Positions 39,501 through 62,939 of a stretch of DNA of 64,000 nucleotides are shown here, in pieces. Position 1 is the first letter of the stretch, and every line of letters starts with the position of its first letter. A program made the position numbers and the translations under genes. Location of the stretch: NCBI GenBank assembly GCA_013239625.1, contig MU054032.1:1-64000 (forward strand), read 5' to 3'. The notes below the pieces were generated by a model. That model had not been told where the DNA came from, ran no database searches, and was given only the letters and a program-made list of their open reading frames with translations. This DNA is from Lama guanicoe (Eukaryota).

Positions 39501-39625
39501 ATGATGTGAACTTAATAGAAGCATTAAGCAAATCAGAATGTGAAATAAATGGGCTTTGTTTTATTTTCCTTTACTGTCCTTTGATAAAAATCTTTTCTAT
39601 TTTAGACTTACAAAAAGACTTCTGA
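24509..39625 (+). CDS. PRIM1: DNA primase small (catalytic) subunit, 13 coding exons, 419 aa
   Basis: Exons read by hand: 24509-24611, 25257-25414, 29933-30039, 30107-30180, 31216-31352, 32114-32172, 32814-32923, 33419-33510, 33680-33821, 35002-35071, 35508-35596, 37991-38089, 39606-39625. Total 1260 nt, frame maintained. Translation [23 protein letters not shown]...[13 protein letters not shown]...[10 protein letters not shown]...[16 protein letters not shown]...DLQKDF* matches mammalian PRIM1. Confidence 0.98.
26898..27040 (+). mobile_element. tRNA-derived SINE
   Basis: TATAGCTCAAGTGGTAGAG...GGTTCAATCCCCAGTACCTCC plus AT-rich tail. Confidence 0.85.
27870..28060 (-). mobile_element. tRNA-derived SINE (antisense)
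   Basis: GGAAGTACTGAGGATTGAACCC...CTCTACCACTGAACTGTACCCTCCCC is the reverse complement of the same SINE. Confidence 0.85.
28462..28615 (+). mobile_element. Short L1 3'-end insertion with 11-bp TSD
   Basis: TSD AATAGAGTACT at 28451-28461 and 28616-28626. Confidence 0.8.
30181..31215 (+). other. PRIM1: GC-AG intron 4 of PRIM1
   Basis: Donor AAG/GCAAGT at 30181. The join gives ...RALK-E-DFGFKH in frame. Confidence 0.9.
30850..31098. mobile_element. Tigger2/MER8-like non-autonomous DNA transposon
   Basis: Imperfect TIRs CAGTTGATCTTTGAACA...TGTTCAAGGGTCAGTGG flanked by TA. Confidence 0.75.
31502..31915 (-). mobile_element. Young L1 3' end in PRIM1 intron 5
   Basis: Poly-T followed by antisense L1 3'UTR, highly similar to the copy at 28462-28615. 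Confidence 0.85.
32924..33418 (+). other. PRIM1: U12-type (minor spliceosome) AT-AC intron 7 of PRIM1
   Basis: 5' site ATATCCTTT at 32924, branch point TTCCTTAAT at 33400-33408, terminal AC at 33417-33418. The join gives in-frame ...LVPE-T-MHDKLQQ. Confidence 0.95.
36075..36253. mobile_element. MER3-like hAT element
   Basis: TCCAATAG...GATGGAAATGTT...CACTAGCCACATGTGGCT...GAACAGTGCAG pattern. Confidence 0.6.
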
Positions 39626-39697
39626 AGATAACTCCCTTCATACCAACATGGATATCTTCTATCTTCAACCAAGAATCAAATACTTCAGAAGCCATTT

Positions 39698-39703
39698 AAT
39701 AAA
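39698..39703 (+). terminator. PRIM1 polyadenylation signal
   Basis: AATAAA about 70 nt after the stop codon, followed by GT-rich sequence. Confidence 0.8.
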
Positions 39704-42099
39704 TATAGCAGAACTATGTATGTGTCTTAATGCTCAAAGCAAAATTTCATTTCCTTGAAAAATAATTACGTTAAAATATTCTTGAGACCACCAAAGAAGA
39801 GTGTCTTAAGTTCCTGGAATGAGCGATAATGGGAGGATATAAGTGGACTGCAGATAAATTTGCAAAATTTAATATTATAATTCTAAGATTTCTGATATAG
39901 ATACTCACTTCTACAGTTGCCATATATAGAGGTAAGTGAGCAGTAATATGCCCAAGACTTTAACCTCAGCTCACTGGATACAGCCTCCATATTTCTAGGT
40001 GAATGAGGGTTTTGTCTTAAGATGCTTAAGTTAATTATACCTGGAGTATGTATTCAGTCACTTCCTAATTTTGCTTACTGATATTTTTATTGGTCAGGTC
40101 ACACTCCACTGCCTGTCATTTAAAAATCATTTTTAAATGGTCATCCATACCTAAAACTTTAATTCAAAACTAATGAGTTATTATGTTACAATATCAGGAA
40201 CTAGTAGAGTATTTTTTACAACTGTTGGCAATTATAGCTCCTAACTCCTCCCTCAGAGAACAATTTTCTAAGCAACCTAGAGAAAATAACCAACTTGACC
40301 AGCATAAAACCTTTCGAACTTGTCAAAACACTTGGATTTTCTGTATCTCCAGCCACTTGTTTAATTTTAAAGGTTTCATTTCTTCTGTATTTGATTTTGT
40401 GTGACAGATTCTGAAGTGTCAGATTTTTTTTTTTTTGCCTTGTTTTACAGCCAGTCTAAACAGAACAGTCATTCTGGCTTACATTCAGTCTTTTGACAAA
40501 CACTGAGAAGCAAGCTATTAGGCTGTGATTTATGAAAATTTTCCTTCCTTTGCATTTCCTATAACATTATTTTCTCCACAGCCAGTCTCTTTTTATCTTT
40601 TGGTTTATATAAAACAGATTCCATAATTCAGTCAGCCCACTGAAATGCCTTGCATTTCCTTCTCTTTTCCAATTTTTTAAGAAAAAAATATTAAAGATGA
40701 TTGTGCAAAATTCCTCATTTTTTGAGCTTGTTTTCTATGTATTATTCAGTCTTCAGGTTTGGAAAATGGTGACTGGTCAATTAAAACTCCTGAATACAAA
40801 ATTACTACAGACTCATCAGTCCATCTTAAGTACTCAGAACAAGAGCAGAAGGACTGGTATTACGCTTTCAACAAGAGATGTTTTAGGCATCCAGTATGTT
40901 TAGCACTGAAGCATTTTTAATGCTTTAATATTATAGCTCTTGATAAAAGCTGGTATACTAGCCCATATAATAAATTATGGAATATTTTTGGTTGTGTAAG
41001 AGTGTTTAATCCTTGAAGACAGCAGAAAGATGCTCGAAGACTACTGATTTGCCAACACGTCCATGTATGAGAATTGTAGAAACTAACAGCACAGAGCTGG
41101 TTTCCATCTCCACACTTGCCCAGTTTATGAAGAAACCCAAAGAAAGAAAATATATCCTTCCTTAGCTAATTATTAACAAGAATTAGAAAAATCAGTGGGC
41201 TTGCTGGGAAAGAAAGGGAAATGGTCAAAATGTAGTTTTGTCTAAGGAGCTGATTGGCTATCATTGGCCCTTCCTTCTGAAGGTAAATGGATAGCATGGA
41301 CAAATCTTCCAGATCCTTATTTACTTAGGTAGAAATTCTATCAACAGTTTTTAATAATAACAATAAAAACTTTTTCTGTACATAATTTAATCTTCCTAAC
41401 AATCCTATGACGTAGCTACTATTATCCCCATTTTACAGATAAGGAAGCAGAGTTGTAAGTATATTAAACTGCCTAAGGTCACCATTAGGTAACCAAGCTG
41501 AGATTCAGACAAAGTCTGGAGTCAAAATCCATGTTCTTGTATCAGTCCACAATATTGCCTCTCCCATCTGAAGAGAACTTAAGAATTTTTCATTGCTGTG
41601 AAACTCCATTATCTCATTTAATCTTAATTCACTAATATTCATTTGACTATTTGTAAAGACACAACAAATTTTAAAGTAGCTTTCAAAACATTTTAAATGT
41701 TCCTGCTTATCTTAAAAGGTGGCCACAACTGTTTTAAAGCCAGTAAGTAGCTCAAATATCGTTAGCTAGTTTAGGTTCTTTTGTAGGGAGGATATGGGAA
41801 TCAGGACTCCTAGCCTTTTCAAGAATCCTGCTGTATAAACTGGAATCCTGGGCCCCTAGAACAGTTGAGTTTCAGGATATCGCATCCAAAATAGAGGGGA
41901 AAGGAATTGTTTCCGTGCCTATGTTCCTTTTCCTGAGGAGGGGAATTTAAACCTTCATAATAATTTCAGTCTAAACTGTATTCCAAGAGCAAAATAATTT
42001 GAGGGTTGCCCTTGGTCACGGCTACCTTCAAACGGTGTAAACACAATCTCTGTGGCATCTGGTATTGTTTAATAACTTGTATTCCCTACATTATTTGAG

Positions 42100-42500
42100 A
42101 AAGCAAAGTCAGGAAGTAGCGATAATACCGCCGTCACTACTTTGCCGACAGGGGAGCAGAGGTTGCTTCTCACGAAGTCGCCCTTCGCGTATTAAAAACG
42201 CCTCAACTAGGGGGATGGGAAGGGGTCGGCTATCTAAGGATTGCATTGCTCCGAGCAACAGTTCCTGCCAAACCTGCGCGTCCTGTCCTGAATTCTTACC
42301 CTTATTTAGACCTCGTCACCACGCCCGTCTGGAAACAACCAGACAGGTCACTGGTTAAAGGAAGTGACTACCGGCAGCTCCTGACCCGGAATCGGATCCT
42401 GGCCCCGCCCCCTCCGCCAGACTTCCTCCTGCAACAGGCGTGGGTCACGCTCTCGCTCGCTCTCTTTCTGCCGCCATCTTGGTTCCGCGTTTCCCGCACA
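42100..42500 (+). promoter_or_regulatory. NACA: NACA promoter and non-coding exon 1 (about 42464-42500) with pyrimidine (TCT/5'TOP-type) start
   Basis: CpG island. ETS/GABP-like GGAAGT near 42360, GC box, CTCTTTCT initiator, YY1-like CCGCCATCTT at 42471-42480, donor CA/GTAAGT at 42501. Confidence 0.85.
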
Positions 42501-43290
42501 GTAAGTGGTATCTTCTCCGCTACTTTTTATCCACAGCCATCCGCCTTTCTTGCGCGCTGAGCTGCCCTGAGGACTGGGAGCTAAGGAAAGTTGGAGGGTT
42601 TATGGGGCCACTGAGTTCCCACTCGGCCCTGGGCAGTGTGGCCTTGGGGGCCTCCGGACAAAATGGGGTCTGCTGTTGGTGTCCTGGCAAAAGCAGGGCA
42701 TAAAGGCTGCTGGCCGGGAGTCCAGGGCTGGGAAGATGAGAGCAGGTGCAGTGTTGAGGGTGGAAGTGGGAACGTCTGCTGTTGGGAACGGCTTCACGAG
42801 AACCCAGAAGATGTTAAGGGGTCACAGCTTTGGAAACTCCTCTCCCTGCGGGCGCGCGAGGACCCCCCCCACACACACACACACGATTTTTACTGTGACC
42901 AACGAGTGTTGAGACATAAGGCATCCTCTTTTCTCTCTTGGTTCCCGATAGTCGGCAAACGGGAGTCCTGAAAGTCCGAGCCCGGGGGAGGGTGGGGGTG
43001 GCTTCACGGTAGCGTCCGAAGTCTCCCGTGCTCGGGAGCCAGACCGGCATCCCCTCCCTTGGATTGAGAACGCAGTGGTGTTGCTCTTTTGTGGGATTTG
43101 GAGTGTGGATTTGGACTTCTGGGCACTGGGAAGTCCGCTCTGTGCGGAGTGAAGAGGAGCGGCGAAAGCAGGTGATTCTCTCGTTCAGAGATCTGAAAAC
43201 GTCATAGTTCACCTATGCTCGCTGCTTTGGGGAGGGTTGTCCCAAACACCCTTACGATTTTTTTCTTAACAGTCCTCTGCAGAATTTTAA

Positions 43291-54407
<11,117 letters not shown>

Positions 54408-54487
54408 CCATCTGAAAAGAGGACTTTTTTTGGTGTTTCAAAAGAGTAACTGCAGCTTGGTTTGAAATTTGTACTGTTTCTATCATT

Positions 54488-54493
54488 AATAAA
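54488..54493 (+). terminator. NACA polyadenylation signal
   Basis: AATAAA about 80 nt downstream of the TAA stop. Confidence 0.85.
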
Positions 54494-55830
54494 GTTATGG
54501 CTTCTTGTTGGATGAATTCAGTGGATGCTTGATCTTTTCCCCCTAAAAAAGCATGAAAGCACTAGAAATGAGAACACATTGTTAATTACTCCTAAGACCT
54601 CAGCTTCAACTGAAGAGGTTCAGGGCCTCAGAGTCCCCTCTTAAAGCCTGAGCCTTTTCACCTCTTGTAAGAAGGTATTGTTACTAGGCTACCTGTTAGA
54701 AACTTCTTGTCTTCAGAGAATAGAGCTTAATCGTAAAGTTTCTTGTTTCCTATTTCTTTCCCAGATGTTAACTGTTAGCAAATCCTGCTTCTTTATTTAA
54801 TAATTATCCCATTCTCTGACCTGTGATCTTTCTGAATATATATTGAGCCTCATCTGGCCTCTGAGAAGTATTTCACATTGGTTACATCTTGGTATTTAAG
54901 AGCTTTGTACAGGTTTAGAGAAGGTGCATGATAAATGTGCATGACACTACTTTGTAAAAAAGAAAAAAGGATACCTCATTAAGGAGAGATTTTTGACTAT
55001 TGTATACAGTGCAAATGCTCTGCTCTTAGACATATACAAACATTTTAATCTACAAAGTAAATTATGAGTAGGATAGCTATAATTATGCTAGGGTAAGGGA
55101 AAACCTGAACTGTACTAGGCAAACTGGTACATACATGTAGCTGCTTCATGATAAATACAGATAGCTCTGTAGAATTCCTAAGAAGAGTAACATTTCTGAG
55201 TGTGGGTTGTTAGGAAATGGATTAGTGGGAAGCAGAGGACTGAAATTTGGAAATAGGAAGGCTGCAAGTAAACATAGCAAGAATCCTAAAATGAGGAAGT
55301 GATAATACACGTAGAAGAAACGTTAGACTAGGAATAAATTAACATCATGGAAGGCTTTTGGAACTGAAGAAGTTTAAACATTCTCATTCTATTTTCTCCC
55401 TCCCTATGAGAGAGTAGGCATTTAAGCAGATGTGATTAAAAGCTGAGAACCAGAGATGTTAAATGACTTCCCCAAAAAGCAACCAAAGAAGACTAGAGCC
55501 TTTTTGTTGTGTTAGGCTATCCTGAAGAAGCACAGATTGGCGTCTGGCTGAGAATGATGATCTTCCATTTTACTGGAGTAGAACAGATTAGATCATTAGA
55601 TGAACAAAAGTCTCAGGCTAAAGGTAGTCCCCTTGGCTGCCAAGTTTGTGTCAGCCAAATAATTCTCATTTCAGGAAGACACTAGGGATATTATATTTTC
55701 TTACCCTTCCTCTACCTAGTTAATAAACTGTCAGTTCTTGGTAAACATGTTCAAGGCTATTACTGCCATCAATGCTGTGGTGCTGTTTCTTCCCACCCCA
55801 AAGTATTGCTACCCCTTCCACCATGTATTA

Positions 55831-56690
55831 CAGTCATACCTCAGATTTTGTGGGTTCAGTTCCAGACCACAATAAAGCAAATATTGCAATATAGTGAATC
55901 ATGACACTAGTCTATTGTGCAATAGCATTTGTGTCTTAAAAAAAGTACGTACCTTACCTAAAAAATGTTAACCATCTGAGCCTTCAAGCATGTCATAATT
56001 TTTTTTACTGGTGGAGGGTCGTCATGTTAGTGACTACTCGCTGATTGGTGGTTGCTGAAGGTTGAGGTAGCTGTGGCAATTTCTTACAGTAAGGCAAAAT
56101 TTGCGTCAATTGACCCTTTCACGAACGATTTCTCTGCAGTGCTCCTCATCCATTCAAGTTTTATCATGAGATTGCAGCAGTTCAGTCACATCTTCAGGCT
56201 CCACTTCTAATTCTCTTGCTATTTCCACCACATCTGCAGTTATTCCTTCACTGAAATCATGAGAGAGAACAGCTGGTCAGTAAAGCAATCAGAACACAAT
56301 TTTTTTTTTTCCATCTATCCATTTCTTTCCAAGGTTAACCATGTCACTTGTTCCTCTGTCAGTGGCTTTTGTGCCCTGGTTTTCATCTTAAATCTCTGAC
56401 CACCCCTGAGAACACATAATATTTATCAAGTTCACTGTCTTATATGAGCATGGTTTGTGGTGACCTAAAACAAAGTAGTACCGTCAAAGGTCACTGATCA
56501 CAGATGACCATAACAAATGTAATAATGAAAAGTTTCGAAATATTGCAAGAATTACCAAAGTGTGACAGACATGAAGTAAACAAATGCTGTTGGAAAAAGG
56601 GCACCGATTTCTTTGACACAGGGTTGCCACAAACCTTCAATTTGTAAAAAATGCAAAATCTGTGAAGTGCAATAAAAGGAGTTATGCCTG
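55831..56690. mobile_element. Internally deleted Tigger1 DNA transposon
   Basis: TIRs CAGTCATACCTC...GAGTTATGCCTG with TA flanks; internal segments resemble Tigger1. Confidence 0.8.
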
Positions 56691-57744
56691 TAACTCCTTT
56701 CCCTCAATCATTTTTTTCCCACCATACTTGAATTGTACAACTTCCTCTGCCACAGAATGGTTAAATGATTAAATCAAATTAGGGAATGTATGGTTTGAAC
56801 AAATCTTGAAGAGGAATTACTCCTTCCCAGTTCTCAGGTTGATGAAGTGCCTGTGTTCAGATACTCAATAGGCCATATAACAATGATATCTTAAGTAACC
56901 TCTGCCTCCATCTGTAAAAATAGACCTAATATTCCCAAAACACATGTAGAATGGTTATAAGCATTTGATAAGAATTTGTGAAATTGGCACAGGTTATTTA
57001 CTAAATGACCCCTCCGATTGAAAAGAAAAAACAAAATCCTCCTAATAAGCCAGTTTACTTACTTTGCTATATGCTCACATTTCTACCATTCACTTAAAAG
57101 TTGATTTTTTTTAAACTGGGAAGTACTTAAAACATGCAAATGAAAAGCTGTGTGTGCCTTCTATCCAGCTATTTTGTTCTTAAGAAATTATACATTATGG
57201 TTGAGAACCCTGTATACTCTTCCTTAGTCCTTTTCCCTCCCTCAAAAGTAACCACTACCATGAACTGATATTTATAATTCCTGTGTGTGCATGAGTTGAT
57301 ATTCTTAATACATAACTTTTACACAAAGAAGTTAATGTTCTGCAAGTTTTAAAATTTTAAATAAAATTGTGCATTACATATCTTCATGCAAACTGCTTTT
57401 CACTTCAACTATTTTTCTTTATCTATGGTAATAATGTAAATGAATTCATTCCCTTTCCAGTTCACTGTAATCTACCTTTTACCTCTACTTCTCCACCAGA
57501 TGGTTCTCATCTAGATCCTAATTTCCAGTGGACACTTCATAGATGACTGCATTTGTCTCTTTCTTCAAGTTAGCTTTCTTAACTTCTTTCCCTTGTTTTC
57601 TCTTAAATCTGTTTCATCTTAAGTTTCAAGATACCCAAAATTAGTTCCATTATCTACTCTGTCAAAATTTTCTCATATGTATTTCCTGCTAACATAGCTA
57701 ATTAATGACACAGCTATATATTTGGTCACATTTAAAAAAAAAAA

Positions 57745-58310
57745 AAAGGAACCTGGTCTTTGCAACAAATGGTGTTGGAAAAACTGGATATCTACATACA
57801 AAAGAATGAAGTTGGACCCTTATCTTACACCATATACAAAAATTAACTACAAATGAATCAAAGACCTAAATGTAAGACCTAAAATTGTAAAATTCTCAGA
57901 TAGATAGATAGATAAATATAATGGAATATTATTCAGACTTAAAAGGAAGGAAGGTCTGGCACATGTTTGCAAGGTTTATGGGTAAACCTTGAGGATATTA
58001 AGCTAAGTGAAATAAGCCAGTTATAAAAAAACAAGTATGTATGATTCCACTTATATGAGGTACTTAGATTAGTCAAGTTCATAAAGACAGAAAATAGAAT
58101 CGTGGTTGCCAGAGGTGATTGGGTGTTTGGGGGAGAAGGGGAGGGAGACAGTATTTAATGGGTACAGAATTTTAGCTGGGGAAGATAAAAAGGTTCTGGA
58201 GATGGGTGATGCTGATGGTTGCACAACTATATGAACATACTTAACCCCGCTGTACTGTACACTTAAAAATGGTTAAGATGGTAAATTTTGTTAATTGTAT
58301 TATTTTAAAG
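57745..58310 (+). mobile_element. Old L1 (L1M-type) 3' fragment
   Basis: CAACAAATGGTGTTGGAAAAACTGGATATC... followed by an L1M-like 3'UTR. Confidence 0.7.
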
Positions 58311-59624
58311 AAAGAAACCTCATCCTAATCCTGTCACACAGCCTCCCTTCTTCATAGCTATACCTCACTAGTTTCACGTCCTACTAAACATTTTCAGTTT
58401 ATGCCCCGTCCTCATTCCCAATGCTGTTGCCTTAACTGTGAACTGTCTGGGTCTCAATATATAGCCTTATCGAGACTCCAAACTGTTCTTCTGCCCTCCA
58501 CTCAGAATTACTCCACACTTGCCTCCAAGAAGTGGGTTCTAAAATCCTCTCCCACTTAAAGCCCTATTGAATTCTTGAACTTTGAAGCTTTAGTCATGAA
58601 GTTTTTTGTTTAAAATAAGTCTTAATATCCTAACATAAAACTCTGGTTGAAGAAATTAGGCCTGGAGCCTTTCCTCCTCAGCCTTACAATGTCCCTTTCA
58701 TTGAAATAGAGTATGAAAACTAGTGGGAATCAGTATTTAATCATTCAATAAATTAATCAGTTCCTACTATTTGTTAAGTACTGAGGATCCAATAAGAATA
58801 AGTACCTGCCCTATGGAAATTACAGTCTAATGGGAAAGGCAAATATGACGATCTAAATTCCTTAGCTTGGCCTCCATGCAAGGCTCTACATATCTCTGAA
58901 GGAGTCATTCAAGGAGTGTTTATTCAGCCTGTGTTTCAGGCATTGGAATAGGCTCCAAGACCTCTCTTCAACTGCCATTATAAAGCCTGGTAACAGAGCT
59001 AGGCAAATAAGTACACAAATAGTTTAAATTTTCAGTATATTTATAAAGGAACAAATACTGACTTTCTGTCACTTATGCCTTATGTTCTAGGCTTCCCAAA
59101 TACATAAAACTATTTGATTAAGGCAAGCTGTTTTATTTTGCATTCCTTTCTCTATGTTCTTTCCTAATATACCAGCATACCTTGTACCTGCTAAAAAGTA
59201 CCTGTCCTTTTTGCCCTTATCTATCTATAATAAGAGTAATAAAATGGTGGGCCAAATTCAACCCACAGAACTGCTTGATCAGTATGGAAATGTTTAAATA
59301 TACTATTTGGATTTTACTGCTTTTACACTTGACATTTCTAGTGTGCTTTAGTCTTTGTACTTTCTTGTCTGGTAGCTGTACACACTTACATACATGCCTT
59401 ATGGAAATGGGGCTTATTAGTCTCTGCATTCCCAGTGGATGCACCATAATAGGGCTCAGATATTTTAAAGAATAAATAAAATCTTGGCATTGTGTCAGCA
59501 CTGGAGGCTTAGTCAGGCAATGTCAGGCCAGTTACATGAAAAGTTAAAACTAAATGGAAATGTATCCTCACATGTACAGCTTAGTATTCAAATACTCAAG
59601 ATCTCTATGCAGATTTCTGGACTC

Positions 59625-62170
59625 TGTTTTTTAATTTAATGTTAGGCAGTTTATGGAAATATAATTGACATACAACACACAGCTGATATTTAAAGTGTAC
59701 AATTTGATAAGTTTTGACATACTCATACATTCATAAACTATCACTAAAACCAAAATAATAACATATCAATCACTCCAACAGTTTCTTAATGCATCTTTGT
59801 AATCCCTTTCTCTTCCCCATCCCAAAACTTGGCTCCAGGCAGCCACTGATCTATTTTGTCACTAGAAATAAGTTTGCTTTTTCCAGAATTTTTAAAAATT
59901 GAAACTAGAATCATACAAGGTACACTTGTTTATCTGGCTTCTTTCACCTAGAATAACTGAGATGCATTCATGTTACTGTGTGAATCAACAGTAGTTCCTT
60001 TTAAATACTGAGTAGTTAGTAGGTTTGGTACTAATTTCCTGAAAAGTACTGCTTTACTAAATTCCATAAGTTTTCATATTTTCATTCAATTTAATATTTT
60101 TAAATTTCCCTTCTGATTTCTCCTTTGACTCATGGGTTATTTAGAGTTGTTTTGTTTAGTTTAAAATATTTGGGGATTTTTCTAGATAGCTTTCTGCTAT
60201 TAGTTTCTATTTGAATTCCATTGTGGCCCTAGAATATAGTTTATATGACTGGAATCTTTGTAAATCTATTGAGATCTATATTATGGCCCAGAATATGTTT
60301 TATCTTGGTAAAAGTTCTATGTGCACCTGAAAAGAATGTGGGTTCTGGTGGAGTGTTCTGTAAATATAAATTAGTTTAAGTTGGTTTGTAATGTTTTTCA
60401 AGTCTTCTTTACCTGTACTAATTTATTGAAAGAAAGGGTGTTGAAATCCCCTATTTTAATTGTAGGTTTGTCTGTTTCTCATTATAACTCTACCAATTGT
60501 TGATTCATGTATTTTGAAGCTCTGGTATTAGGAAGAGAAACATTTAGGATTACTATGTCTTCCAGCTGAATTCATCCTTTTATCATTATTAAGTGACTCT
60601 ATTTCTGGTAATAATTTTTACTCTGAAATCTACTTTGTCTGATATTAATATAGCCTCTCAAACTGTATTTTGATTTATTTTAGTTTTGTATATACATTTT
60701 CCCCATCCACTTAGTTTTCTTGACTAATTATAGACTCATACAAAGTTGTAAAAGTAGTAGAGAGGTCACATGTACCCTTTAACTTCTCCCGATGATAACA
60801 TTTTACTTTTTTACTACAGTATAATATAACATCAAGGAAATTGGCATTTGTACAGTCAATAGTCATTATTCAGATTTCACTAGTTTTACATGTGAGATGA
60901 GTATGTAGTATTCTATGCAGTTTTCTCACATGTATAGATTCATGCAACCACCCCACTGACATTTCTTAACAACTTTGTTGAGATATAATTCACACACCAT
61001 ACAATTTACCGATTTATGTATACAGTTCAATGGTTTTTAGTAAGAATTGTGAAACCATCACCATAATCAATTTTAGAATGTTTTCATCAGCCCAGAAAGA
61101 AATCTCATTTATTAATGAATTATTCCCCATTTGTGCCCAAGCTTCCCCACTCCAACCATAGGCATCCAGGAATCTACTTTCTGTCTCTATAAATTTGCCT
61201 ATCCTGGACAGTTCATGTGAATAGAATTACACGATATGTGGTCTTTTGTGTCTGGCTGTTTTCACTTAATAGAATGTTTTCATCTATGTTGTAGAATATA
61301 TCAGTATGTCATTTTTGTTTATGGCCAAATAATATTCAGTTATATGAATATACCACATTTTGTTTATCCATTTATCAATTGATAGACATTTGGGTAGTTT
61401 CCACTTTTTTGACTATTATGAATAATGCTGCTATGGCACTCATGTACAGATTTTTGTGTGGACATATGTTTTCATTTCTTTTCAGTATATACCTAGGAGT
61501 GGAATTGCTGGGTCTTATGGTAACTCTATGTTTAACATTTCAAGAACATGTTTTCTGAAGTGGATCCACTGTTTTATAGTCCCATCAGCAATATATGAAG
61601 GTTCCAATTTCTCCACATCCTCCCCCAAATTTTTTATTGTTTCTCTTTTTCATTTTAGTCATCCTAATGAGTGTGAATTAGTATCTCATTGTAGTTTTGA
61701 TTTGCATTTCCCTTATGACTGATGTTGAGCATCTTTTCATGTATTTAACTGGCCATTTGTATATTTTCTTTGGATAAATGTCTCTTCAAATCCTGTGCCA
61801 GTTTTTTAATTAGATTATTTGTGTTATTAATGTTGACTTATATAGTTCTTTATTCTGGATGACAGACCCTTATCAGATATATGATTTGGAAATACTTCCT
61901 CCCATTCTTTGAGTTGCCTTTTCACCTTGTTGATAGTATCCTTTGAAGCAGAAGACTTTTAAATTTTACTGAAGTCCAGTTATCTATTTTTCCCTTTGCT
62001 TGCTTATGCATTTGGTGTCAAAAAAATAAAAATAAAAAGACCATTGCCTAATCCAATGTCATTAAGATTTACACGTGTATTTTCTTCTAACCATTTTATA
62101 CTGTTAGCTTTTACATGATAAGTCTTTGATCCATTTTGAGCTAATTTTTGTACATAGTGTAAGATAAAGG
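59625..62170 (-). mobile_element. Cluster of nested old L1 fragments (antisense)
   Basis: Antisense L1 3'UTR and ORF2 segments (e.g. TATATACCTAGGAGTGGAATTGCTGGGTC near 61490). Confidence 0.7.
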
Positions 62171-62939
62171 TCTTGGCACATTCTCTGTGCCAAAATCAGC
62201 CTAGGTGTAAACTTAAGGTTTTCTCAAATCTTTTCTGGGCCTGTACCTTTCTCTGGGCATGTGCCATCACTTTCTAGCTTTCCCTATGTATGCAGTTGCC
62301 TTTGAATATCCTTGTCTTCACTGTCTGGTTTCTAGAAAGAGGAAGGAGGAAAATGAAGGGAGGTGCAACAACAATGGTCACCCGCGTCTTTGTCTGCACC
62401 TCTGTGATCAGAAGCTGCAGTCAGAGGTCAGAGCACAGATCAATATTTAGAGGAGATGGTCCTTTCTGACCACTTTGGATTCCATAAGCTGCCTACCTTA
62501 AACATTCTTCTGCATGTTTTCTCATTTAACCCCTACTTCATAGGAATCTATTCAAAGCAACTAGTATAACTCTTTTTGTTAGGTGCATAATAGTGAGGAT
62601 GTGGCATAATTTATTCAACCATTACTATTGATGACATTCACATTATTTCTGGGTTTTTGCCATCATGAACAATACTACAATAAGCATACTTATTTGGTTT
62701 TTGTTAACTTATTATTATTTATTGTTTACATTGTTATGCATAAACACTGACTTGTGAAAAGTATTTCAGCATTTATTAATAGTATAATAATCCTAATATG
62801 ATCAAAATAAATTATAGCAATTGGTTTTCTTAATATTAAACCACCCCTGTATTCCAAAATAATATTTACTTAGTTATAGATTGATGGATTCTCTTTGGCT
62901 AGTGTTTTATTTAGAACCCACCAAGTAGGAACAATCTTA

